This document shows, piece after piece, positions 1-14,800 of a DNA stretch of 64,000 nt. Positions within the stretch are counted from its first letter, which is position 1. Every line of letters starts with the position of its first letter. Under the pieces are notes generated by a model, which was not told where the DNA came from, searched no databases, and saw only the letters and a list, made by a program, of their open reading frames with translations. The translations under genes and the position numbers were made by a program. This stretch comes from Tubulanus polymorphus (lineage: Eukaryota; Animalia; Nemertea): the NCBI RefSeq assembly GCF_964204645.1, contig NC_134033.1:4488231-4552230 (forward strand), read 5' to 3'.

Positions 1-1966
1 CATTTATTTGAGAAAACTAGTTTATTCGTTATTCCCAGTTACTTACTCTGAATTAAACCTCTAAAATTGCATTTAGAAACAAGACAAGAGTAGAAAAGAC
101 AATGAAGATGATCAGGAGGTTAAGAATATAAGTGATTTAGGAACAGTTGTAAAAGTTAAAGGTTATCGCAGAGGATGGGAATTTGATTAGCTGAATTGCA
201 AGGGTGTTGTGTTTTTCCACATAACTGAGGATGAACGTAATTACATCTCACACAATTTCACAACGACAAATTACGACAATTCAAAGTTATCACATGAGGT
301 GTGGCCTATTGCACAGTGATATACACCTATGTGTTAGATAATTGATGAAATAATAATGCATGAATTTGAAAGGTTCAATTAAAACCAAGACCCTTTGGAA
401 CGCCCTGATCTCCGTGAGAAAATGCACAGATTCCCTGGTCATTCTTTTCTCCAATTAGTATTTAGAAACGCCTTTGATACAAAATCCTTTATTTTTCACT
501 TTTTCCCTATATTCCTTCAGTAGAATAAACACACTCAAACGCGTTGAACGAATATTAAGAACCCACTATCTACACGTTAAAATTTTTTTTAAATCGGGAA
601 TTTATCTAATCAAATATTAAAACAACACGACCTAGAACTCAACCTAGAGATCATCGCCAGGCGTTCAAACTCCTGGATGATGATCTCAAAGGCGAGATCG
701 AAATGTGGTGTACTTTTGATTATTTTTCTAGAGGATTTTGTATTTTAAAGGACAGTGTACTTTTGCCTGTGAACGATTTTGATGCCAAACCGCATTGCAA
801 GTATATATAATATTATCTCTAGAGCAATGGAGCATGAGCAAAAAAAATAACGAATTAACAACGGTTAATTTAAAAAATCGAAAAGCGAACAGAGTGAGTG
901 CAGTGCACTTTTCCGGGAGAAGAAGAGTACCTTCAGTGTGGATGATTGGATTGAATGGTTAGGTCTATGTGACTTATTTGTTTTACAATACAGTTAACCC
1001 CCAATATATCACCCTCAAATATCCTGTATTTCAAGTAATCATCTAATACATATTCCTATGCCTCACGTTGCACATCCAGGAAAAGTCGAATGGAAGTAGA
1101 ATGCCTAATCTTTCTTTTTTACCTAACCGTGAAACCTTACAAATTTGTGAATGACCGTCAAATGTCTGATTTATGAAATATATTAAAATGTAGAATACCT
1201 GGACATGGGCTGCCGAGATATTTTGTGCCCACATGAAGTGGGGGCAGTCGTTTGTTGTTTGGGTAATCGGAGATCCACTAGATGACACTATTCAGAACTC
1301 GGGCTTATAGAGAGCAATTTGTGCTAAATTCCAATCTTCAAGTCGTCTAAAACACTTGTTCAATGCATCGAAATAAAATGCTGCCTTGCAAACAATACTG
1401 CCAGACCATAGGTCACTGACGTACTGGTCGGAGTGGTGACTAGGCAATTACTCTGTTCTATCGTTATTTTAATACAAAGAAATATTTCTTTGTGTTTCAA
1501 GTGGATATGCTTTTAAAGCGGCACTTTCGGTGGAGAGAGGCGTGGCCACGGAAGAGGCGTGACACTACGGACTATCAATTAGATTGATGTGTGACACCCA
1601 GCTGGCGTATCTCCCATCGTAAATAAAATCACCAGACGATTCTTACCGCCGCAATTTGGTCCATGACAAACACTTTCACTGACGATATCGGATTATTCAT
1701 AACGGATCGAGAACCAAAAACTTGCATTTTCGAAAGCTGACTATTTCTATAAGAACGGGAATTTACATTGTGTGCTCTTTGCAGCGCCGTCATCGTAGAA
1801 TTTCTTATTGATTTCAAAACGGTGTATAAAAACTTTTTACCCAAGATCCGTCGTGAAGGAGCCGTGTCTGGATCGTGAATCACGCGAACAAGAAGAAAAC
1901 ACCAATCAATTAGTTGAACTTTGATGAGATATATTCACGAGTTAAAACAAATACGTCGATAAAGAA

Positions 1967-3061
1967 ATGAACTCGACTTCAAATTACGCGAATGAAACTT
2001 ATCCCCAAGAACGACACCTCTATGGCGCGTCCTGCTACTTCTATTTTGTCTATCCAGTGGATTTGGTGAACACTATGAACCGGTCGATAAAGTGGGTACA
2101 CATTGTTTGCACCTCGTTCTTTATTGTCTTCGGTCTGATGACGAATGTCGTATCATTAATCGTTATGATGATGCCGAAAATGCGCAAGAGCTCGTTCGCG
2201 GTCTACCTGGCAGCTCTAGCTATAAGCGACGGCGGTAATTTGATACTGCACAGTATTTTCTGGATTAATTACATCAGCGCCCTTTCGGGTAGACCGTTGG
2301 TCATCGTGGTCTTTGGAGGGTTCGCAAAGAGCTTTATGAAATACATAAGTATGTATTTTGCCGCTTTGAGCAGTTGGTTAGTAACATTGATAAGTATTGA
2401 ACGTTTTATCGTTGTCTGTTTTCCGATGTCAGCGTCGCGTTTGTGTCGCCGTGGATCGGCCCGTGGCGCCACCTGTTGCACGGTTCTTAGCGTCCTTTGC
2501 GTAGTGTTAATCGACGGTTCCCTGCGTCCATGGATGAACTACGACACCAGTTGTAGGATACCCAATCGACTCCACGACTCACGCGCTTTAGGGACTCTAA
2601 TGATGGGCTACCTGCCTTTTATCATTATAACGTTTTGTTGCGTGAGTATAGTCGCAGTTTTGAGACTCCGCAGTGCTAGAATGCCGATCGCCGCCTTCAA
2701 ATTAACCAATAACAGAGTTACTCGTCTTATGCTTCTCGTAATGCTGGTTTTTCTCGTTCTGTTATTTCCTACTATAGTTTCTCTTACTCTAGTAACCGTG
2801 CTCCCACACTTACGAGAAGTTCTGCAATTGGTATCGAGTTCAATGTCCGTCATTCTTTCAGAAATAAGCTATTCAGTCAATTTCCTTATTTACGCATTGG
2901 CCAGTCGAAAGGTGCGGGAAGCGTTTGCTGAAAAGTTTCTTATTTGGTCGACAGATGGCACTCGTAGCAACATCCGATTAAGGGATCGAATGAATAACAA
3001 AATTAAGTCCAAAGAGACAACGGACTCTCCTACACCCGCTATTAATGCTAGTGAACCTTAA
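1967..3061 (+). CDS. Intronless class A (rhodopsin-like) peptide GPCR, FMRFamide-receptor-like, 364 aa
   Basis: Seven hydrophobic segments. TM1 'GLMTN', TM2 'YLAALAISD', TM3 'SIERFIVVCFP', TM7 'SVNFLIYALAS'. N-terminal N-glycosylation sequons (NST, NET). Confidence 0.93.
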   Translation: MNSTSNYANETYPQERHLYGASCYFYFVYPVDLVNTMNRSIKWVHIVCTSFFIVFGLMTNVVSLIVMMMPKMRKSSFAVYLAALAISDGGNLILHSIFWINYISALSGRPLVIVVFGGFAKSFMKYISMYFAALSSWLVTLISIERFIVVCFPMSASRLCRRGSARGATCCTVLSVLCVVLIDGSLRPWMNYDTSCRIPNRLHDSRALGTLMMGYLPFIIITFCCVSIVAVLRLRSARMPIAAFKLTNNRVTRLMLLVMLVFLVLLFPTIVSLTLVTVLPHLREVLQLVSSSMSVILSEISYSVNFLIYALASRKVREAFAEKFLIWSTDGTRSNIRLRDRMNNKIKSKETTDSPTPAINASEP

Positions 3062-4339
3062 AGGCCATCGATATTGTGTTTGACATGGAAGCAGATGAAT
3101 GTACAACGTTTTAGCACGTCTCAATGAATATACACGAAATGTAAATTTACTCGATGTAGAAGAAAATCAGAATCGTTGGAAATATAAATAAATGTTTGCA
3201 ACGTTAATGTCACGAAATGATCTCTTATTGTCATATTTTAACATTTGGCATTCAGAAGTTTTCGTCTGAAATAGGCAGAAATACAGGTATCCATCTCCAG
3301 CACCCCTGGAAACATTCACCATTGTAACGTCAGGTCATATCGACCAGGTTTTGAAAATGTGTTGATTTAAGATCTAATCTGGTACGTAATTGATTTTAGT
3401 TATGTATTACTCGTTACCGTAAAACGGGGTGAATAGGAACAGGCAGTGGGAAAAGTTTTTTTCTCTCCTCATATAAACTTTAACGTTTGACAAATTAATT
3501 CTAAATTCTTTTCAAACTTTAGCCACAACGCTAGCTAAGAAATAACACAGTAAATTATGGAAGTCAATAGGAACAGGCACTTCTCTATGAAAAAATATAT
3601 GTTCCATTTCAAATTTTGATAAGTTGAATTTACTACCTTGTACCACTTGGTCATATGGACATGATATTTTCTGTAATCCAGCCAATATTGGGTTCTACGT
3701 TAGGTTCACGTACAACATGTAAATGACTGCACCAGTGAATGTAATGTTCTAAAGTTAATGTTGATTGCTGATCATGAAACAATTAAACCGGTAGTGCCAG
3801 CAGGTACACAACCAATTTTCGACGTCGATCCTGCGTTGAAGACTGTGATGTCGAAATACTAACGTGGATTTACGTCGATGGTTTTGTTTGTTGTAAGCTG
3901 GCGTCGCTTTACTAGTTAATTTCAACGTTTTATCGACGTGGGTTAAAAACAAAGTTCTTTTAAAAACTAAATGAATCATTGTTGACAATATCTGTTTCTT
4001 CATTTGAAAACCCATGTGCTCAAATGGTCCTTAATAATCAATCACCGTCATACTCCACGGCAAATGTGGAAGACTTTCCGTTCAGACATCAGTGTGACCT
4101 TTCCTCTTTATCAACGATTTAATCATCTGAGATTATTAGAAAACGACGATGGTAATGCTATAAAATTGCATTGTGTTATGAACTGAGCTTAATCGGACTT
4201 CGAATTGCGGGACTCGAACACCATCGACTAAAATTAATCGATCGACGTAATAACGTCGCGGCCATTGCATACCGTAACAAAACATGGAAAATGGTCACGA
4301 TCATGCATAAAGAGAAATTAATCATAAATATTGGTTCTA

Positions 4340-4620
4340 GATTTGGTTGCCCTCACAACGCGTTGTTGGGGCATGCTGTATTTACTTCGTCGTCCGTCCA
4401 TCTGTCCGCAGTGTTTTCCGTGCCCTAGCACCTAAACCCTTTGACAGACTTTCTTTAAATTCAAAGAGTTGTGTTGTCCTTGGTTAGTATCTGATTAGAT
4501 TTTGGGTCCTGTAGGTCCAAGGTCAAGGTCGCAGAAATCCATTTTGTGAAATTCATTTCCGGGCTCTAACTCACAGATAGTTTAAAATAACTAAATGAAA
4601 TTCCATACGGATAGGTTATT
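4340..4620 (+). repeat. Helentron/HINE-like non-autonomous repeat fragment
   Basis: Short 5' hairpin (gccc..caac gc gttg..gggc), then a gtcc/gtcgtccgtccatctgtccg microsatellite and a ggtcaaggtc motif, a layout typical of invertebrate HINEs. Boundaries approximate. Confidence 0.45.
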
Positions 4621-4774
4621 CTATTCTTAGTGGGTAAGGCCACAGCAAAAGAAAACCCTGTTTCTCGGGCACGAACGACCCGACTCGATATTTCGCCATT
4701 TCAAATAATCATTTCCAGAAAAAAATATAATTGCCTATGAACGTCGCCACCGGGTATACCCAACCAAGGACCGG

Positions 4775-5260
4775 TTAGTCTAACTTGTTGTTTACAGCAA
4801 CCGGGCCAGATTCAGACCGTATAACATTAGATTTATCTACTAACTGGTAGTAAAAATCTGAACCGACTAATAACGCTACATTGAAAGAATTTGAACCACT
4901 GTTCACGCTATGTGCGAATGTTATACCCTTGAACTCAGGAATCCTAGAAAACGATGAAACTTGAACTGACATAGGTTTAGTAATAACAGGGACAACTAAC
5001 GCATCAAGCTCAAAAGGTTCCTCTTCGACAAAAATAACATTCAAAGTAATAATTATCAACTTCTTTGAATCCTGATGATCTAGCATCAAAACCAGAAAAG
5101 TTAAAAAATTCTCGTCTCTTCGTCTTGAAATTGATCAAATTATAATGATTGGGTTATGAATGACCTCTGAGATCCGTCATCAAATAACATTCCTGTATTT
5201 TCAATAATTATCTGACAGGAGGCAGTTGTCACGGCAGCAACAGCAGTTTTTAATAAAACC
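4775..5260 (-). mobile_element. BEL/Pao LTR-retrotransposon remnant (DUF1758-type aspartic protease region), decayed
   Basis: Minus-strand translation upstream of the listed ORF gives VLLKTAVA...GMLFDDGSQRSFIT. The ORF carries LLVGSDFYYQLV...GPVAVNNKL. Both match Pao protease motifs. Stops and frameshifts are present. Confidence 0.8.
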
Positions 5261-7070
5261 GAACCGTACGATTGCCCTTGAATAGTAGTACAGTAAACTG
5301 TGGCCAGGTCGGATCTGGCCGAGTCGTATATAACCGCTCAACTCGGTGCAATATAAAAAAAATTCAGTTTCCTATATGAAATAATGCTTTCGTATTCTCG
5401 TAGCAATGTCTCAATCGTTTTCGTTACTTACTGCGGCTAAGTCGTATATTCTGAACGACCATTGGTCTAACCAGTATTATTTAACCCCCAGTAAATTCAA
5501 TGACAATTTGTGACCGGACCAATAATGCTCGTAGGGGCGGTGCTGACCGTTCGAAACAGTAAATGAATTCTGCGGGTGGGTTCGAATCCCGGATAAATGA
5601 CGCTGACAGCAGAACGATTGCTGGCATGCGAGGTGGCACCCGACACGTGAATGCTGACCAGGGGATTTCCCGGCTACAGAATTAGATAGGGTTAATCGAT
5701 CGCACATCAGACAGATGATACAAGCGACGAGCAACCAAAAACTGATGTTACTTATTTAAATAGTACACATTTGATTATTCATTTACGTTTATTTCTGCAT
5801 ATAACAGTTTTTACAGTGAGTAAACCCTATATTAGCAACCATATTCCTTAATGAATGAGTTCCAAAATATTTAAAAAAAAATGGTCCTTCAGAGTCGGAT
5901 TCCAACCATGTCGGACGAAACTTAGGCGAAGACTGTAGTACTGGTTATAGCCTGATCTGAAAAATCGACGCTTAAAGATGCAAGATTCTGGTTTCTTTAA
6001 TTCCGACCCAACTGTTGACTGTTGTAACTTAATAGACTCATTCGAATCGATTTTAACATGTAAGCCAACCGGGATTTTCGACAGGTTTGCTCCACGTAAA
6101 CTAGTATGTTGGGAAACTGAACATGATTTATATTTTATTTTGGAAACAAAATCTTATACAAATATATACAAACGTAATACACGTAAATATAATACACGTG
6201 TAAATGTGACAATATAAGGTTATATTTGGGTTCATTATTTAATTGTTCACCTACGAATAAGATTCAATGAAACGTTTCGATATTCCGAAAAATTTGATAA
6301 TGTTATTTAAGGACAAAACGATTCGCGTGAGCAATGAAATCATCAAAATCATCATCTCAAATAATCTCAATCGATTTTTCAAAAACTACAAATTACTATG
6401 ATTTTGAGAGTATTTTGATATTGTTCTGTGAGCTCTCTAGAAAGTAGAAACTAATTTGGATAAACATTCTGTCTCATGAAAATATGTTGAACCAAAAGAA
6501 TCCAGGAGTAATTCAAGAATTCGTCAGTAGGCCGATCTCGAAGAGTTCGTTAACCTAAAGAATCGAGAATTCCAAACACTTACAACTATATCAACATGAT
6601 ACATATCGTTATGAAACCACCACTGCTGCTACACTAACAGATGGTTTTTTTTTGTAAAACTAGGTTTATAAAATCAAAGGCTTTTATACCGTTGAAGATA
6701 TCAATGTAATAAATCATTTCACGTTTATACATTTCGTCTCTAAAACGCTTAAAATTCATCCATTGTGTAAAACTAAACTTGAGTCGTCTACACGTGTTAC
6801 AGTTGTTCGATGACTTTTACGCGCGTTGCGATGAAGAAACTACTCGGTACCACCGAATCAATAACGAATAGCGAATAACGTATGACGATTAACCAATAGC
6901 GAATAACGTTTAGCGATTGACGAACAGCGTGGCGGTCCAGGAATTCCGTACGGTTCAGGTTTTCAAAAAGAGAGAGATCGTGAAAATATATACATACAAG
7001 CATTCATAGAATGTGCATATTACGCATTGGTAGGTGTTCCATTTCATAGATTACAGGTTTCTCTCTCACG

Positions 7071-8135
7071 ATGAATTTCAGTTCGCAGACGACTTCACTA
7101 CTCTCTACAACTACTAGAAATCCCTGCTCACCTTACTTATTCCAAAACGCATTGTCAATCAGCGTAAAACTAGCTGGAGGTTTTCCTATCAGTATCGTCG
7201 GAATAATTTTGAATAATTTCAGCATTGTGATTTTACGTCGCCAAACTTCAAATCACATATCGCTCTACATTCTGCGATGTCTGGCAGTGGCTGACATAAT
7301 CTTTCTTACATTTCACATAATTCAAGAACCTTTTCGTTTCATTGTCTCCGGTTTGACCCAGGGTAGTCATATGTTCGTGATTCCTACGAGTATGAGTTGG
7401 GGTGTTCGGCCATGGATCTATCGGGTAGCTTGGTTACCGAGAACCTCAGCGCAAGTGACAAGGAACTGGATAACTGTACTACTAGTTTTAGAAAGGTCCT
7501 TTTCTATCGCTAGGCCATTCTTCGCTAGAACTCATTTCACAATACCAAGGGTAAGAATTGTAGTTTGTTGTTTCTATATTATTTTTGGTATCTTAGGCTC
7601 TCCATTGATTATCGGTACTACAGTAGGTATCTGGTTTTATGACGAATGTAATTAAGTCGTTATAAAATCCATCCGCGGAGCAAGCGATCCCATACGAAAA
7701 TACTTCCTCACTGTATTTATGTGGATTGATGACTTTCCTAGTCCTTTGTACAAAGAAATCCTGCCTGCCTTAATGCTAATAATTTTCAACAGCCATCTGA
7801 TATGGACTCTGAGAAAGATAAGTTCTAGGAGAAAAGAAATGACACACGAAGGCGAACAAAGGCTAGACGTGAAAGCTATCAGGATAGCTGTAGCTATTGT
7901 TATTCTGTTTATCGTCTGTGAAATCCCTGCTTCGTTCCGATCTTATAACGAATTCATCGGTCGCTTCGTCAAAATGCCACCTATTAAATACTCTCACACC
8001 ATCTATACCCTTCAAGAACTGTTTACCGATCTTTTACCGACCTTAAACTCGTCTGTAAATTTCTTTATCTATTACTTAGCAAACGATAATTTTAGAGGAA
8101 CTGCAATAAAACTGTTGAGAAGGCGGCCGATTTAA
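7071..8135 (+). pseudogene. Intronless class A peptide GPCR (FMRFamide-receptor-like) broken by one in-frame TAA at 7653-7655
   Basis: ORFs 7071..7655 and 7719..8135 share a frame and the gap is open. Motifs LAVAD, LERSFSIARP, CEIP, NSSVNFFIY. Read-through length 354 aa. Confidence 0.88.
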
Positions 8136-11100
8136 ACTCCGTCGAGCGAAACAGATATATTTTGGATCCGTCCAGGCTTTTTTAGATTTCAGAGCCCCAT
8201 CCCCAACGCCATATTTGACGAGAATTTAACATGTGTGATTGCCGTTTAATCACTAAACCAGTTGAATTAAAAAGATGGAATAGAATTTGCAAAAATCACT
8301 CTGGATACTTAAAGTTGATGAGAACATAAAAATAATGATTAATGCAACGTGAGCCAGGTACTTTGAAATGGATGTTGTCATTGCGAATTTATTAAAAGAA
8401 CTGTTGAAGGTCTCTTTAAAACTGCGTACATTAATTACTTTTTTTAATTAATTAATTTTTTTAGAACATCAAATCTCTATATAGATTCAATTAACCCGAT
8501 TGCCTTCGTTCTTGCACAGTATCACTATCTCCGACGATCTTAGTTATTACGTAATAAGCAAATTGCGATACTTTGTGATATTTGCTCACAGTATGAATTC
8601 AAGCGTATATGCGGCTTTCTGTGATATGTAATACGTATCATAGCGAATTGACAACGTGAGGGTTGTGAAATTGGAGGAACTGATGTGGAATAACAATAGA
8701 CCGAGATCTACCTATCTACAGTCGCCGTGACAGAAATGAAACAGCGCGAAATGGCTTCATAATGATGACTTAAAAAGTTCGTAGCCACTATAATCTACAT
8801 ATAGAATAATTGTAATAAATCGTTGAATCTAATTCTGTCTTCTGTAATGAATTTCTATGTTCGCAATAAAACACTGACGTTCACTGGTACGAAAAAACAA
8901 CCGCTTCTATTACGAGATTATATGAAATTGAGAGGAGACCTCAAAATAACAAATAACGAGTGAATTTGAATCATCAATTAAAAAACCGCATCTTCTAAAA
9001 ATACACCCGAGAAATATCGACATCAAAACAAAATCGCGTGCCCAAAATCAGCTCAAATACCAATGAAATAATTCACCCATATAAAACCAGAAATCTAGGT
9101 TCCACAGGAATAGGGCTCGACCGAAACCGGCTGTCTGAACCTGAAACCAGTTGTACGAAAGTAAATGTCATTTGTATTTCATAAGAAGTAGAGTTCAACT
9201 CTTCAACTCTTTATCTTACTCAAATCACACTTAACTCACAAACTGTCAAACATTGCCAATCAAGTTCAATTGTAAATAAATGCAACTTTATTGTGAAAAA
9301 GTTCCACTTAAACTTACATATTCTGTATTTTATATCAACAGCTGAAATTATGTTTTAATTTAAAGATCTATCAACTAAGTATTCTAACCTAACCTATATA
9401 TTCGGCCTATCCATTCAGGCTAGGGTTTGGGGGTAGGGAGGAGGATACTGAAATTGAGAGACATGATATACAGGTCACACCGGAATTCTTCAGTCACTCT
9501 GTCATCATCATTCAACTTAAGGTTCAATCTACTGTGACTAGGGGATCGTGATCTTCTCACTGAAGTAGAACATACAGGCCGCACCTGAATCGGGCCACTC
9601 TGTTGTGTGCTGGGGGTGAAGACACGTACTCTGTGGCCCAGTCTTCTGGGGTCTTGTCTCAGCGATGACCCTGAAATTGTCATGTTTATTTCAAGTAAAA
9701 TATTTACATAAAAGGCGTTGTCTTATAAAACAATACATTTGAAAAATCTGAAATTCTGTAAAAATTAAAAAAAACCTGAAAATAGAGAGAAACCCTGGAA
9801 TAAAAGAAGCATGAATTACAGTAACATGAAATAAAGATATGAGGCATAAGTAATAAACAAACTGCTATTTCTATCCGTAGACCCAGAGACCCACAGGACC
9901 CTGACGTAAATAGCACCCTATTTACTAATTAAAGCATTTTATATAAAATTGTATTAATATTCATGCATTTCTATAACTTACTAACTCACCAAGTAAGTTC
10001 CTAAACTAATTAAACCTATAAAACATAATTTCGACTGTTAATGTTTTTCTAACTTACAATTTATCCAATCCTGTGTGTGTAATGTATGAATCCAATGATA
10101 ATCCTTGAGTCAATTTGAATCCTTGTGTTTTTGATAACAGTTATTTTTTAGCACAGTTTATATCAATCCAGAACTAGTTTGAGCGCGATTTCATTCCAAA
10201 TAAATCCTGAACAATAATACAATTCAAATTCCATTTAATTTCCAGTAACGGCTCAGTTTTTGAGAACGGTTTATCTTTCGTCCATCCAGAATACATCCTG
10301 ATATGTTTACAAGAGGGGTCTGCTTGTTTTACGGGAGACAGTTTGAGCACCTCTGTCCAGACTGGTAAACCATACACCATCGCGATAACCTCTAGGTGTA
10401 AACATATACAAGACACCCACTTGTAATAATCTGTGCGAACGACAAGAATTGTCGAACACAATGAAGTTTCATATTTCATATTATCTAACTATTGGGGTCA
10501 CTGGTCATAATCCATCTTCGCTCTATAAACTGCGCGGCGACTCTAGTGAAGAAATCAATCTATTCTGAAATGCATGAAGTTTATATCGGTATAAATCATA
10601 AATCTCTGATAGCAAAATGATTTAATTTGAAAATTGAATTATTAAAATTGCCGTTAAAACCAGCTTCCAAAACTTCCTCATTAATGATTGGACGCATAAT
10701 TAGTCATACTCGTCGATGATTGGCTAATTTGTACGAAATATGCATAAACTGGATGATTTACGTAAGTACTCAGCGGACCCGATGTTTACGCGGGAACCTT
10801 ACAAATGGTTCCACCTTCTTAGGAATAAAAGTTCCATCACTTCTGTGAAAATCCACCCTCCGAAGACATGGCTGACTTCAGCCCCGGAAATCCAGGAAGA
10901 AAGACACTGAATATTTGGATGGATGAAAGCTGTGGGTACTGGAGTGTGTAATGGGTAGTGTAGTGCGATCTGTGTGCATTTGTGGCCAGCACACCGATCA
11001 CATTTTTCATTGGGGTTTGGTCCAGAACTCACGAGATTTTCAACAACACGAAAGTAACGTGTAATAAATGATGACTTGAATTGCATGACTACCTACCACC

Positions 11101-11811
11101 CCTCATTATTGTTGGAAAACTAAACGTTCTGCACTGACTAAAAATTAGTAATAATAATTAATAAAATTTTAGAAATGGCCAGAATTTTAACTTAGGTTCC
11201 ATCTCATTTTTATTTTACAATTGCGATTGGTATAATTTTTTTTTTAAAGGCCGTTATGGCTTCGTACATTGTCTGCAATTCACTGCAAATAGTTACGCAA
11301 CTACGCACGTGTTTTTGGCAGCTGTACACTCAATCGGCACCGTTCGTGACTAGCTTCACTGTGGAATTATCATTAATCAACATCGCCATATCACATCATC
11401 AACTTCTATTGTGTCTTAAAACCCTAACAGCCGACCTTAATTGAAATGCACACACGATTTCTATCATTGAAAATTGAGAGAGTGGCCATGTTTGTGTTCT
11501 GCTGCTTCGCGTAAATCCCGCGCGGTGGCGCAACCGCGCGGAGTGGGGCCGATACGTCTAGCGGCAATATCGTTCTTGACTCCTTGAAAGGAATTGTCGC
11601 CCATAGGGCTGATCAGGTCAGGAAGGTCCGCTGATTTTTTCATCTAATAAATTTCACATTTTTATCTTCCTCCATTTGCTTATCTATAACACGAGGATAT
11701 ATTTACTCTTTTATCGATCCATCTAAATCTGTTAAACTTCCTCAACCAAAGCGATTGTTTTGGCTATGTATATACGGGTATAGGTGAATCAATACTTTCT
11801 ATATCACGACG

Positions 11812-14800
11812 ATGAAGACGCGTCTGTTCTTTATAATCTGCACAGTTTTGTTGCAACTGGGAAATTTATACATTACACAAACATCTGGAGCTGAAAGTAA
11901 GTTACTGCAGCAGCCATTACTAGACTTTGTGATTATATTTCAGTCAGATTTGCGAATTCGATGACGTCACCTGTTAAATAATAGATTTTCTACAGGCCCT
12001 AAATGCAACCTGACAAAACAACAAACTATGAACACATCTGGTTGACTTAATTTCGCATGAAGTTTGTATCTTGATGTCTGGTTTGATAAAAAACGAGTCG
12101 CGTATATAATCACCTCACTAACCAGGGGCGGAGTCAGACGTTTGAGTAGAGGGGTCAAGTGCAGTTTTTTCCCAGGTATCTCTTATATATTTCAATGAAA
12201 AATACATTCATAAATTAACCGTGTGCAGTAATTTCCGGCAGACGCCGCGAAACAGAAATCGATAAAGATTTGAATCGTGGTTTATTCTATCATTAATATG
12301 ATTGATGTTTATATTCATTTGTTTCAGCAATTTACAGGACGCCTCATTCTGCTCGAGATGCAAAACCCGACAATAAAACGCAAGGAGAAACGATTCGATA
12401 TACTTGTAAAATAATTGGCGGAAATTCTACAGTATCATTCCAAGAGAAGAGAAACGGTTCGGAACAATGGGAAACAGTTCCAGACGACCAGCTTAACAGA
12501 ACTAAAGACAAACAGAATGTTGAGTTGGTTGAGCTAAAATTCCAAGCAGATTTCAAACTACACAATGGATCTTCATTTAGATGTCTTGTAAATGAAAGCC
12601 CAACAGATCCGGAACCTATTCAGTTTGATCTGATCGTAGTTAAACGAACTGGTAAGTAACAGTTTGTGTTGCTTATTGAAATAATCAAATAATCTAGAAC
12701 ATTAACTTGCATTCTTGGTTTTCCTAGAAATATCATATAGTCAAATTGAGCTGATAAAATGTCTGATATCTGGTGTTTGTAGAGCTCGTTTTTAGCCCAT
12801 TTTGGACTTTAGTCCCAGCGGGCTAGTGCGTTCACTTTTCGTCCGTAGACGGAATCCAGTTATTTTGACGAAGTTTCAAGACTGGCAGCCATTGTTGTTC
12901 GCCAAAATCAGCACTTTTTCCACATTTTTCAAGTTTTTAAGGGAAATTTTGAAGAGACTTTTATCAATTATCGTGGTCTTTCGTAAATGTTTTCATCCCC
13001 CAAAGGGCCCATCAGCACGAGAAAAATTTGGCCGATAGGACTCAAGATGGTCGTCCTCTGACCTAGGCGCTACAAATATCAATCGATGTAGATTTTAATT
13101 GTGGTTAGTTCCATCATTAAATGATTGATCTCACTATCAGAAATAATCTGAACACGAAGCATGGGAGGGGTTCGATACCCTCTAACACCCCACCCCCCTC
13201 CTTGGATTTTCTTCTGATAAGTTATTCGAAGTTTGACCGAGTACTGTGCTGGGGAAGGCTATTTAATGTGTACTGTGCTATATATTTATATTCATTCGTT
13301 TCAGAAATCATTCCAATGCCAGACCTCAAAGGAAACCCCGACAGTAAAACACAAGGAGAAATTGTATATTACACTTGTAAAATTGTCGGAAATTTTAATG
13401 CAACATTAACATTCCAAGAGAAGAGAAGAGCTTCAGAACAATGGGAAACAATTCCAGACGACAAGCTTCACAGAGCTAGCAAAAAGAATGTCCATTCCGT
13501 TGAGCTAAAATTCCAAGCAGATTTCAAACTGCACAATGGAACGTCTTTTAGATGTCTAGTAAAGGAAAGCCCAACAGATCGGGAACCTATTCAGTTTGAT
13601 CTAATCGTACTAGTTAATCGAACAGGTAAGTAACTGTTTGTATAGCTAATTGAAATAGTTAAACAACTTAGAACATTAAAACTTGCTTTCTTGGTTTTCC
13701 TACAAATATCAAAGAGTCAAATTGTGCCGATAAAATGTCCAATGCCTGGTGTTTGTTGTTTCATCCGTAGTTTCATTTTCTTTTAAAAATGTCCCTGGTC
13801 AAGTGCTGAACACATGCGGAGAATGGACGACCAATTTTTGAAAGTATTCTTTTAAAGAATCTCATGTAAATATCATCTGTTTCGACATCGAATTTACTTT
13901 TGTTTTCACGGATTATTTTCGTTGGACCGCGGTTTGTTGCCTCCTCGTTGATGTATCTATTCCGTCCGTTCATCTCCGTACAAGAATAAATTTTGTGTCA
14001 ACCATTTTACGGCTCTCAGATTTAAGAGTTAGATTTCGTTGATTTCACTGTCTGGGCCCAGTTCCACAGTTGTGAATTAAGAGTTGACTCAGAGTTAACT
14101 CATTGAAAATGAACTAAATTAACTCAAGTTAACGCTAACTCAGAACTGTGGAACTGGATGCTGAAGCACTGTTGTCTGACTGGCCACGCAGGAAGTATTC
14201 TTTATTTGGCGCCGCATTCATAACGGATCTCATTTCGTGTTTGTTGTTCATTTTATGCGAAAAGGCACATTGATTTACAAATCAGCTATTTTGCGTTCCG
14301 GGTACTATACTTAGTTTACGCGAAGATCTAGCATAAGGTTTTCTAGAATTTTTTGCACAGTCAAAAGAGTGAAAAAATTGCCTAACATCATTAACTTCAT
14401 CAGGTGACGGGTGGAAACCAATGGCTGAAAAATGGCTAAAAGCTGGGTGGGTCTAGGAGGAGGTATGACATCATGTGACCAGTGATAGTTAATTACTATT
14501 AGGCGTTACTACGGCGTTAAATGCATATTTGTTCATTACGGAAAACACTTTTTTCCAGGCTACTTTGAAAGCAAAGCCACACGCAGTGAAAGTTACTTTC
14601 AAAATGTAGTTTTTTTCTCTCATTTCAGATGATTCAAGTTCCACTCAAATCCCGACGACTGAAACCACTACATTCGGGTCAGTATTCATTTCGAGCTAAA
14701 AATGTCCGACGGAAAAGGTTCCTAGACGATGTACGGGTTCCTGTTGTTTCGTAACAACGGCTGATACTAGACTACGTATCACACTCTGCTTTGCGGTCTA

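Noticed and set aside
3415-3600. Tc1/pogo-like element starting taccgtaaaacggggtgaatagg
   Set aside because: It looks like a left TIR, but I could not find the matching right end or a transposase.
10174-11086. Minus-strand ORFs of 101 and 95 aa
   Set aside because: No recognisable domain or consistent exon chain.
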